20,000 nt of DNA, from the sequence record SRR20825006_492, one strand, 5' to 3'. Below the pieces are notes generated by a model. The model was not told where the DNA came from. It saw only the letters and a program-made list of their open reading frames with translations, and searched no databases. A program made the position numbers and the translations under genes. Each line of letters starts with the position of its first letter. The stretch's first letter is position 1. Shown piece by piece: positions 1 through 8,116 of the stretch.

Positions 1-2
1 GT

Positions 3-1901
3 GATTATGCTCCAGAAAATGCCTTTTACTTTTCCATTAATAGTGAATCTGTATATTTTAGATCATTAGATATTATAGAGAATAACTGGGTATTTTTGAC
101 CGCAACCTATGATGGTCAGCAAGTGAAGCTTTTTCTTAATGGGGAGCTTAAAGCTATTAAAAAATTGGAGACGGAATCTTTTGTAACCGAGTCTGATTTA
201 TATATAGCTGGTAAACCAGGATATGGAAAATACGAAAAAGGCTATGATGGTGCTTTGGATGACCTTTTTCTCTACAACTATGTTTTGTCTGATTCTGCGA
301 TAGCTCAAATTTATGATTTAAATAAAGAAGGTAGAAAATACCCTCCCAAGTTATTAGTCAATCTGGATTTAAAAGATTCTCTTGTTATCTCTAATCATGG
401 TTCTGAAATAGAATTATCAGAGATAGAAGCGGATAAAGGTAGGTTTGAAGAGTCTGGTGGAGCTTTGAAGTTTGGAGATGAATCAGATTATATAAGAATT
501 GTCAATACTGGTGAAAATTTAGACTCTTTGTACTCGGGTATTACTCTTAATGCGTGGGTAAAATTAGCTGACTATTCAGAAGAGCCAATGTCGATAATTG
601 ATAGAAATAGTTCTGGAGACAAAGGTTTTTATCTAGGAATAGTTAATAAAGAATTCATTTTTAAAATAAATAATGCCTCTATCCCTTCTCGGTTTTATCC
701 TAGTAGAGGCAAATGGTATTTGCTTACAGGCACTTTAGAAAATACAGAAATGAGACTCTTTATAGATGGGGAATTAACTTATAAAGGAGAATACTCTGGG
801 AAAATGGAAGTAAGTGATACAGATATTTTCATTGGTAATAACCAAGATCTTAGTAATCCATTTATTGGATTAATTGATGAAATACAGATTTATAATTATG
901 CATTAAGTGACTCTTCAATACGTGAATTATATAGTGATAGATTTCATGGGTACAATTCGGTTGATTCTAAAATATTGGATATTGGTTTCGATAATTCGAT
1001 AGAAGACATGAGTGGGGCTGGTCAAACCTTGCAGGTTAATGGAGGTACTTTTATATCAGATAGATTAAGCCAAACTGAGTCAGCGTATTATTTTGATGGA
1101 GATGATATTACAGTCGTAGACACAGACAATGGTTTTGATTCTCTAAGTAATAGTTTAACAATTAGTTCTTGGGTTATTATGGGTACTAGGGACGGTGTGT
1201 ATCCAAAATCAAATCTTATAAGTAGAATAGATACTGAATTTGATAAATATTCAATATCTATTCAGGAAAGTCCACAACCAAGTTATCAGTATCCTGATTC
1301 AAAAGAGCTATTCTTTCAAATTGATGATGTATCAATTTCTCATAAAGATTTTACAATCAAGCCCGGGTACTGGTTTCATTTTGCAGCTACATATTCCGAT
1401 AATTTAATGAAATTGTATTTAAACGGAGTCAAAGTTAGTGAAAAATTCTATGATGGATTAATCACAGTCTCTGAATCAGATTTACTCATTGGTAATAGTC
1501 AAGACGGTTCAGAACCTTTTAAAGGAGTATTAGATGAAATTCAGATATATAACTATGCCCTTTCTGATAGTGCAATTGCTGATATGATTGATATTGAGGT
1601 CCTTCCAGTAGCTCTTGAAGTGGAAAATGAAGTCCCTTCATCAGTAATACTCAATCAAAACTATCCTAACCCATTTAATCCCACGACTAGCATCTCGTTC
1701 TATTTACCAAAAACTGATTTGGCGAATTTAAAAGTTTACGACTTATTGGGTAGAGAAGTGGCAGTATTGATAAATCAAACTTTACCTTCAGGTGAGCATA
1801 CTTACCACCTTAACGCGAGTGGCTTCTCAACAGGAGTATATTTCTACCGGCTTAGTACCGGGAACGCTGTTATAACTAAAAAAATGCTACTTATTAAATA
1901 A
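3..1901 (+). CDS. Secreted multi-LamG (concanavalin A-like/pentraxin fold) protein with T9SS type A C-terminal sorting domain; 5'-truncated by the window edge
   Basis: The frame is open from base 3 (DYAPENAFYF...NNWVFLTATYDG), so the TTG at 96 is not the true start. There are three LamG-type repeats (W.h.a.tydg..mkLylnG...lDei.iYNyaLSds.I). The C-terminus LNQNYPNPFNPTT...VYDLLGREVA...STGVYFYRL...KKMLLIK is a typical T9SS sorting domain. Confidence 0.88.
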   Translation, partial: DYAPENAFYFSINSESVYFRSLDIIENNWVFLTATYDGQQVKLFLNGELKAIKKLETESFVTESDLYIAGKPGYGKYEKGYDGALDDLFLYNYVLSDSAIAQIYDLNKEGRKYPPKLLVNLDLKDSLVISNHGSEIELSEIEADKGRFEESGGALKFGDESDYIRIVNTGENLDSLYSGITLNAWVKLADYSEEPMSIIDRNSSGDKGFYLGIVNKEFIFKINNASIPSRFYPSRGKWYLLTGTLENTEMRLFIDGELTYKGEYSGKMEVSDTDIFIGNNQDLSNPFIGLIDEIQIYNYALSDSSIRELYSDRFHGYNSVDSKILDIGFDNSIEDMSGAGQTLQVNGGTFISDRLSQTESAYYFDGDDITVVDTDNGFDSLSNSLTISSWVIMGTRDGVYPKSNLISRIDTEFDKYSISIQESPQPSYQYPDSKELFFQIDDVSISHKDFTIKPGYWFHFAATYSDNLMKLYLNGVKVSEKFYDGLITVSESDLLIGNSQDGSEPFKGVLDEIQIYNYALSDSAIADMIDIEVLPVALEVENEVPSSVILNQNYPNPFNPTTSISFYLPKTDLANLKVYDLLGREVAVLINQTLPSGEHTYHLNASGFSTGVYFYRLSTGNAVITKKMLLIK

Positions 1902-1931
1902 TAAATCATTTCAAAAAACATTCATCTCATT

Positions 1932-1964
1932 AAAAAAGAAGCCTCTTATCGGGAGGCTTCTTTT
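1932..1964. terminator. Bidirectional intrinsic terminator between the LamG gene and ftsZ
   Basis: AAAAGAAGCCTC (1934-1945) and GAGGCTTCTTTT (1953-1964) form a perfect 12-bp inverted repeat with a 7-nt loop. T-tracts follow on both strands, and it lies between convergent genes. Confidence 0.9.
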
Positions 1965-2105
1965 GTTGTTAGCAATCTATAGCCTATCTGTATAAAACAG
2001 ACAATGAGCTATAATCCAGTAAATTCAATGTTCATAATCTGGCAATTGGAGATTCCTATTCCAAGGCGTCTTACAACTACCAGGTATCCATCATAATTAA
2101 AAAGT
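1932..2105 (-). ncRNA. Candidate structured 3'-UTR / 3'-derived small RNA of the dcw operon
   Basis: Two hairpins (2039-2083 and 1978-2013) have mismatches that are G-U pairs only on the minus strand, and are followed by the terminator. The region contains segments complementary to the mraZ, ftsA and ftsZ leaders. No expression evidence. Confidence 0.4.
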
Positions 2106-3449
2106 TTAATCCATGATTTTGCGTAAGAACGCTGGTTGATCAGAATCATCTTTTTTAATGCGTTCTGTACGGCTTTGGAAAGGAGCGATGTTGTCTTTTG
2201 GTGCTTGTCTTTCTTCAGCTTTGTATTCCTCTTCGCGATAATCATTTGACTCATTGCGGTCAATAGCGTCATCATTTTTTGCAGATAAATCACGTCTTAA
2301 GTAAGAAGGAGTGTCTAATCTTTTTAGATTTCCTTCCCCTTTGTAATAATCATTTGATGTGCGATTAAAACGAGATGGAACTTCATCTACTTTAGCTGTC
2401 TGAGTGCGAGCGATATTTTCAGCAGCAGCTCTAAGAGGAGCGTTTGGTGCTACTTTTACTGTAGTACGATCTTCAGTAAGTTCAAACCCAGTAGCAATTA
2501 CTGTTACACGGATTTCGTCACCAAAGGACTCATCAAGAACTGTTCCTAGAATAATCTCTGCGTTGTCGCCAGCTTCTTGCTGTACAATACTTGTAGCAGT
2601 GGTTGTTTCGCGCATTCCTAAACCGGAACCTGCTGAGATGTTAACCAATACACTTCTTGCACCGCGAATACTTACGCCGTCGAGTAGTGGAGAGTTTATA
2701 GCAGCACGAGCAGCGATTTCTGCACGGTCAGGACCTTCAGCTGTAGCTGAGCCCATAATTGCAGCACCACCGTCTGTCATCGTTGTTCTTACATCTGCAA
2801 AATCGAGGTTTATTAAGCCTGGCATTAGGATGAGGTCGCTGATACCACGTGTGGCATTATAAAGCACCTCGTTTGCTAGTGCAAAAGCTTCAACTAAAGA
2901 AGTATTTTCGTCGGCAATGTCGAGCAAACGTTCGTTTGGAATAACAATTACCGTATCGCAGTTTTTTTTAAGCTCTGTAATTCCTTCTAGTGCATAACGC
3001 TTACGGATTTTACCCTCACACTCAAATGGTGTTGTGATGATACCAACGGTTAAAATGCCTTTACGTTTTGCCATGCCAGCAACAACGGGTGCACCGCCAG
3101 TTCCTGTTCCACCGCCCATTCCTGCAGTCACAAAAATCATATCTGCAGTTTCGAGTGATTCCTCGATCTCATGTCGGTTTTCTTCAATAGCTTCTCGGCC
3201 AACTTCTGGTCGAGCTCCGGCGCCTAATCCATTGGTTAGTGTAGTACCAACCTGAATTTTGATATTAGCCTTGCTATTTTTTAGTGCTTGGGCGTCTGTG
3301 TTCAGTGCGATATACTCTACACTGTCGAGACCCATATTTATCATATTATTGATAGCGTTTCCGCCACCGCCGCCTACGCCGATTACTTTTATCTTAGCGT
3401 TTTCTTGGCTCTGTTCGTCAAAAAAGAAACGAGTATTATGGTTAGCCAT
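2106..3449 (-). CDS. ftsZ: Cell division GTPase FtsZ
   Basis: IKVIGVGGGGGNA, tubulin signature GGGTGTG, T7 loop INLDFADV, C-terminal PAFLRK; last gene after ftsA. Confidence 0.99.
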   Translation of the reverse strand: MANHNTRFFFDEQSQENAKIKVIGVGGGGGNAINNMINMGLDSVEYIALNTDAQALKNSKANIKIQVGTTLTNGLGAGARPEVGREAIEENRHEIEESLETADMIFVTAGMGGGTGTGGAPVVAGMAKRKGILTVGIITTPFECEGKIRKRYALEGITELKKNCDTVIVIPNERLLDIADENTSLVEAFALANEVLYNATRGISDLILMPGLINLDFADVRTTMTDGGAAIMGSATAEGPDRAEIAARAAINSPLLDGVSIRGARSVLVNISAGSGLGMRETTTATSIVQQEAGDNAEIILGTVLDESFGDEIRVTVIATGFELTEDRTTVKVAPNAPLRAAAENIARTQTAKVDEVPSRFNRTSNDYYKGEGNLKRLDTPSYLRRDLSAKNDDAIDRNESNDYREEEYKAEERQAPKDNIAPFQSRTERIKKDDSDQPAFLRKIMD

Positions 3450-3454
3450 GATAA

Positions 3455-3459
3455 CTCCT
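3455..3459 (-). promoter_or_regulatory. Shine-Dalgarno sequence of ftsZ
   Basis: AGGAG lies 5 nt upstream of the ATG (ACAGGAGTTATCATG). Confidence 0.7.
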
Positions 3460-3509
3460 GTTTATATTATTTTACTGGATTATTATTTGTTGTATTTGAT
3501 TGCTGATTG

Positions 3510-4769
3510 CTAAAGTTCTTTGAACCAACTCTTCATGCGGTCGGCAATTTTGCCCATCACCTGTTCCATATTGTTTCCGCCTTTTTGAGAAGTTGATACA
3601 ATATTTTTTTTGCTGTCTGCGCCTGTTTTTAAAGCATGCACAACTAAGCCTACACCCGTGGCATAAACAGGGCTATTTACTTCCTCAACTAATCCACCGG
3701 TAAGACCAAGTGGAATTCCCACTTTTGCATCCATACCTAGGATTTCGTTAGCCAATGGACATATATTTTTAATAAGAGCGCCTCCACCAGTTAGTACCAC
3801 ACCAGCACTTAGTGAATCAGAATAACCACTGCGCTTAATTTCGATGCCAACTATCTCGAGGATTTCTTCCATTCTAGCTTGAATAATTTTAGCTAGAATG
3901 CTCTTTGTAATTTCTTTGGGTGGACGACCAGCAATTCCAGGAACGGTAATTACTTCGTCTTCTTGAATCATATCTGCAAAGCTTTCGCCATGTTTTCTTT
4001 TGAGTGATTCTGCTTGGTCGTCAAGTACGCTTAATCCTAAACGGATATCATCGGTTACTTTTTGCCCTGCAATTGCAATTACTGCAGTATGGCGAATCGT
4101 ATTATCTTGAAAAATAGCTACATCAGTAGTGCCTCCACCAATATCAACGAGAACAACGCCAGCTTCTTTTTCTTCTTCGTCTAGAACAGAATATGAAGAT
4201 GCTAGTGGCTCAAGAATGATATCTGCTACTTGGTAACCTGCTCGTTCAACACATCTATAAATATTTTTTGCCGCCGAAACTAAACCAGTGATAATGTGAA
4301 CCTCAGCTTCCATACGCATTCCGCTCATCCCAACAGGGTCACTGATGCCGTCTTGGCCATCAACCACAAATTCCTGAGGAATTACGTGTAGAATTTGTTG
4401 ATCGGTAGGCAGCATGATGCGTTGACAATCTTCCAACAGACGTTCTACATCATGTGCTGTAATTTCGTTATCGCGGTTATTAATAGTAATTACGCCTTTG
4501 CTACGCATGCTACGAATGTGGTCGCCAGCAATACCAACATTAACAGAATTAACCTGAATACCTGATGCAAGTTCAGCCTGAGCTATAGCATCTTTTATGG
4601 CATTTACCGTTTTATCGATGTTTACAACAACACCACGATTAAGACCTTCACTAGGAGATTTACCAACTCCTAGAATGTTAATTCGATTATGTTCAATTGA
4701 AGCTACGATTGCACAAATCTTAGTAGTTCCGATGTCCAGCCCTACCATTATGTTTTCTTGTTCTGACAT
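3510..4769 (-). CDS. ftsA: Cell division protein FtsA
   Basis: VGLDIGTTKI, VDIGGGTTD and VLTGGGA actin-fold motifs; C-terminal amphipathic helix (RMKSWFKEL); lies between ftsQ and ftsZ. Confidence 0.99.
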   Translation of the reverse strand: MSEQENIMVGLDIGTTKICAIVASIEHNRINILGVGKSPSEGLNRGVVVNIDKTVNAIKDAIAQAELASGIQVNSVNVGIAGDHIRSMRSKGVITINNRDNEITAHDVERLLEDCQRIMLPTDQQILHVIPQEFVVDGQDGISDPVGMSGMRMEAEVHIITGLVSAAKNIYRCVERAGYQVADIILEPLASSYSVLDEEEKEAGVVLVDIGGGTTDVAIFQDNTIRHTAVIAIAGQKVTDDIRLGLSVLDDQAESLKRKHGESFADMIQEDEVITVPGIAGRPPKEITKSILAKIIQARMEEILEIVGIEIKRSGYSDSLSAGVVLTGGGALIKNICPLANEILGMDAKVGIPLGLTGGLVEEVNSPVYATGVGLVVHALKTGADSKKNIVSTSQKGGNNMEQVMGKIADRMKSWFKEL

Positions 4770-4834
4770 GTCAGTACCGGTGTATATTATTGATTGCTAA
4801 ATTGGTTCTAGTATCAGGTGTTAAATATGTTTTG

Positions 4835-5587
4835 CTAACTTTCACGGGTAACCACCTGGTTTAAAAATCTTAAATCTACTTGTTGAATTTTGTTGATCCC
4901 TTTAACTCGAATCACTTCCGTATAAAAGGCTTTCCAATTCTCAAATTTTGTATCGAAATCGTTTTCTCCAAAAAGAAGTTTTACTCCATTTTCTTGGCTC
5001 AAAGCTACTACGCCTTCTTCTTGGCTATAAGCTACTTCACTAATAGTAGCCCAACCAAATTTGTTGGTTCTGGCCGAAACCAATAGGTCTCTAATTTGTC
5101 TAAAAGCAGCGCTTTTCAAGGTGTCTTTTGAGAAAGAAGTACTAAATCCATAAACCAATGGTAGATTTTGTGTTTTACCTTTTAAAATTGGAAGGCGAAC
5201 ACCTTCTGCATCTACATAAACTCGGTTTGCATCTTGTATTAATAGAGCTAATGGTTTTCTTTCTGTGATAGTGATGTTTAAATCACCATTTGGTTCGATA
5301 TAGGGAGTCGCTTTTTTCACATAATGAAGTGCTTCTAAACGAAGAACAATTGTTTCTAAATCGATACTATCTGGGTTTACTCCAAAAGGAACGGCTGCAG
5401 TTTTAGTAAGCTGTTCTGTGTCAGTGAAGTAATTCCCAGCAAATTTGACGCTATCAACTTTCACATTTCTATTCCAATAGATTGCCGCAACCATAGCAAG
5501 CCCAACAATCATTAAAATGGCTGTGATAATAGGAAGTTGACTTCGTCTCTTCGACTCAGTTTCAATATGTGGAGTGGCTTCACTCAC
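4835..5587 (-). CDS. ftsQ: Cell division protein FtsQ/DivIB
   Basis: Short cytoplasmic N-terminus, one TM helix, POTRA-like region, ITITERKP and VDLRF motifs; lies between murC and ftsA. The GTG start overlaps the murC end by 8 nt. Confidence 0.9.
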   Translation of the reverse strand: MSEATPHIETESKRRSQLPIITAILMIVGLAMVAAIYWNRNVKVDSVKFAGNYFTDTEQLTKTAAVPFGVNPDSIDLETIVLRLEALHYVKKATPYIEPNGDLNITITERKPLALLIQDANRVYVDAEGVRLPILKGKTQNLPLVYGFSTSFSKDTLKSAAFRQIRDLLVSARTNKFGWATISEVAYSQEEGVVALSQENGVKLLFGENDFDTKFENWKAFYTEVIRVKGINKIQQVDLRFLNQVVTRES

Positions 5588-7016
5588 TATCGATAGTAGG
5601 TTTAAAGGTTCCAGATTTCAAATCGTTTGCAAAAGCTTCGCCGAATTTATAAATGTCTCCAGCGCCCATCGTTATAACAATATCTCCAGCTCGGGTAATA
5701 GCCTTCAACTTCTCAGTTACTTCCTCTTTGTTCTCTACATAAATAACTTTTTTATGGCCGTACTGCTCTGCAGTGTCAGCTATAAGCTTGCCAGTTACAC
5801 CTTCAATTGGTTTCTCACGAGAAGGATAGACATCCGTAATTAGCAGAACCTCAGCATCAAAGAAAGAAAGACCGAATTCTTTGTATAAATCTTGAGTTCT
5901 TGAATACAAATGAGGTTGAAATACAGCTACTAATCTGCGATCTGGCCAGCCTTTGTGGGCAGCACTTAGAGTAGCTTGTACTTCGGTTGGATGATGTGCG
6001 TAATCATCAATCACCATAATACCTTGTTCTTCAGCTTTGCGCTGAAAACGGCGGAAAACTCCAGAAAAGCGTTCAAGACCAGCCTTTATTAACTTGAAGT
6101 CGATGCTTAATTCAATTCCTGTAGCTACAGCTGCGAGAGCATTGTTTACGTTATGATCACCTGGTGAGTTTAACGTAATCACACCTAGCTTTTTACCGTC
6201 GTTTGTTACGGTGAATGTGCTAGTAAATTGGTTCATTTGGATATCAACTGCACGAATTTGTGCTTGAGGTGTTAGCCCATAGGTGATAATTCTTTTCTCT
6301 AGCTGAGGTAAAATGCTTCTTACATTTGAATCATCTAAACAGACAATTACCGCACCATAGAAAGGTACCTTGTTAGCATAATCTATAAACGCATTTTTAA
6401 CGTCTTCTAAGTCGTCATAAATATCTAAATGATCTGCTTCTATATTTGTGATAATAGCAATAGAAGGAGTGAGTCGTAGGAAAGTACGGTCAAACTCATC
6501 GGCTTCAACAATAATCAAATCTCCTTTTCCAACAACAGCATTTGTCTTGTCAAAGCTATGAACTTTCCCGCCTACAATAATTGTCGGGTCATAGTGTCCA
6601 TCTTGAGCAACATGCCCAACCATAGTGGTAGTTGTTGTTTTGCCATGTGTACCTGCAACACCAATACCGAATTTCATTTTCATGAGTTCGGCTAGCATTT
6701 CAGCTCTTTTAATAGTTGGAATGCGTTTTTCGAGAGCCGCTTTTGTCTCTGGATTTTCAGAAGCTTTTACGGCACTGGTATAAACTACAACGTCTGCGCC
6801 CTCGATATTTTCTTCAGAGTGACCTAGATAAACGGTAGCGCCAAGCTTTTCTAAACGTTCTGTAGTTTCGCTACGTGCCCCGTCAGACCCAGATATTTTA
6901 TATCCACGTTGGATTAGGATCTCGGCCATGCCGCTCATTCCAATTCCTCCAATTCCCACCATATGAATGTGGCGAGTTCGTCCAAAAACGGGTTGTGTTT
7001 CTATTCTATGCTCCAT
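5580..7016 (-). CDS. murC: UDP-N-acetylmuramate--L-alanine ligase
   Basis: HMVGIGGIGMSG, AGTHGKTTTT, EADEFD, DDYAHHPTE and FQPHLYSRT motifs. Confidence 0.99.
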   Translation of the reverse strand: MEHRIETQPVFGRTRHIHMVGIGGIGMSGMAEILIQRGYKISGSDGARSETTERLEKLGATVYLGHSEENIEGADVVVYTSAVKASENPETKAALEKRIPTIKRAEMLAELMKMKFGIGVAGTHGKTTTTTMVGHVAQDGHYDPTIIVGGKVHSFDKTNAVVGKGDLIIVEADEFDRTFLRLTPSIAIITNIEADHLDIYDDLEDVKNAFIDYANKVPFYGAVIVCLDDSNVRSILPQLEKRIITYGLTPQAQIRAVDIQMNQFTSTFTVTNDGKKLGVITLNSPGDHNVNNALAAVATGIELSIDFKLIKAGLERFSGVFRRFQRKAEEQGIMVIDDYAHHPTEVQATLSAAHKGWPDRRLVAVFQPHLYSRTQDLYKEFGLSFFDAEVLLITDVYPSREKPIEGVTGKLIADTAEQYGHKKVIYVENKEEVTEKLKAITRAGDIVITMGAGDIYKFGEAFANDLKSGTFKPTIDSE

Positions 7017-8116
7017 CAGTTCAAACGGGATTTAGCGAGTTCTAAAATTTCGTTAGCAATTTGTTTAGCGGCATCTGGCTTAGCATGCTTTAATGCTGCT
7101 ATGTTCATTGCAGTTAGTTTTCTTTGGTCGTGTAAAAGGGTGTGTACAATATTAGATAAAGAGCGTGTTGCATGTGCATCAACTAGCAATACTGAAGCTC
7201 CAGCTTCAACCATAGCTTTGGCGTTTTGTGTTTGATGGTCTCCAGCCACATTAGGAGAAGGAATTAACACGCTTGGCTTTCCTGTAAGCATCAATTCGGA
7301 ACAAGAACTAGCGCCAGCACGACTAACTATCAAATCTGAAGCAGCATACGCTTCAGGCATATTTTCTATGTAAGGAAGTAACCGTACATTCGGATATGCG
7401 TTTAAATCTATCTCGGAAGAAAGAGTTTCGAAATATTGGCTACCACATTGCCAAATAACTTGTACGCTTGCAAGAGCGTTTAAATTCGCTTTTACTGCGT
7501 TGTTTATAGATCTCGCACCAAGACTACCACCAAGTACAAATAGCACAGGTTTAGTGCTATCGAAATCAAAAACTTTTAAACCCACTTCTTTTTCAACAGC
7601 GGTTAGTGAATTACGAGTAGGATTTCCTGTTTCAATAATTTCACTATTTGGGAAGAATGTTGATGCGGCTTTAAAAGCGATAAATATTTTTGAGGCGTAT
7701 TTTGCAAGCATTCTATTTGTAACGCCAGGGAAACTATTCTGCTCTTGAATTACAAGGCTGATATTCTTTTTAGCGGCAACCCAACCTATCGGACCAGCAA
7801 CATAGCCACCACAAGAAACTACAACTTGTGGTTTAAAAGAACTTAAAATGCTGAAACTCTGGAAAATGCTTGTTATTAACTTAATGGGGAACAAGAGGTT
7901 TTTAAGCGTGAATCTTCTTTGGAAACCACTTATCCAGACGTTTACAATCTCAAAACCAGCTTTTGGTACAGCGTTCCATTCCATATGATTCTTAGTTCCT
8001 ACAAAAAGAATCTCAGTGTCTGGATTTTGTTCTTTTAAAGCTGAAGCGATAGCAATAGCAGGATAAACATGCCCACCCGTTCCGCCAGCTGCAATTAATA
8101 CTCTTGGATTATGCAT
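7016..8116 (-). CDS. murG: Undecaprenyl-PP-MurNAc-pentapeptide GlcNAc transferase MurG
   Basis: AGGTGGHVYPA, EQNSFPG, TGNP, GGSLGA, SRAGAS and HQTQNA motifs. Start reassigned to ATG 8116 (MHNPRVL), which has an AGGAGG SD at 8127-8132 and overlaps the ftsW stop by 8 nt. Confidence 0.98.
   Translation of the reverse strand: MHNPRVLIAAGGTGGHVYPAIAIASALKEQNPDTEILFVGTKNHMEWNAVPKAGFEIVNVWISGFQRRFTLKNLLFPIKLITSIFQSFSILSSFKPQVVVSCGGYVAGPIGWVAAKKNISLVIQEQNSFPGVTNRMLAKYASKIFIAFKAASTFFPNSEIIETGNPTRNSLTAVEKEVGLKVFDFDSTKPVLFVLGGSLGARSINNAVKANLNALASVQVIWQCGSQYFETLSSEIDLNAYPNVRLLPYIENMPEAYAASDLIVSRAGASSCSELMLTGKPSVLIPSPNVAGDHQTQNAKAMVEAGASVLLVDAHATRSLSNIVHTLLHDQRKLTAMNIAALKHAKPDAAKQIANEILELAKSRLN

Noticed and set aside
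2009-2293. 94-aa minus-strand ORF overlapping the ftsZ 3' end and trailer, plus tiny ORFs (MMDTW, MNIEFTGL) in the trailer
   Set aside because: It is an alternate frame of ftsZ with no recognisable motif or SD. The trailer is better explained as structured RNA.
1969-3513. Reading the ftsZ-flanking inverted repeats as a transposon or invertible DNA segment
   Set aside because: There is no recombinase or transposase in the window and no target-site duplication was seen. The repeats are split with unequal spacing, and inversion would detach an essential gene from its operon.
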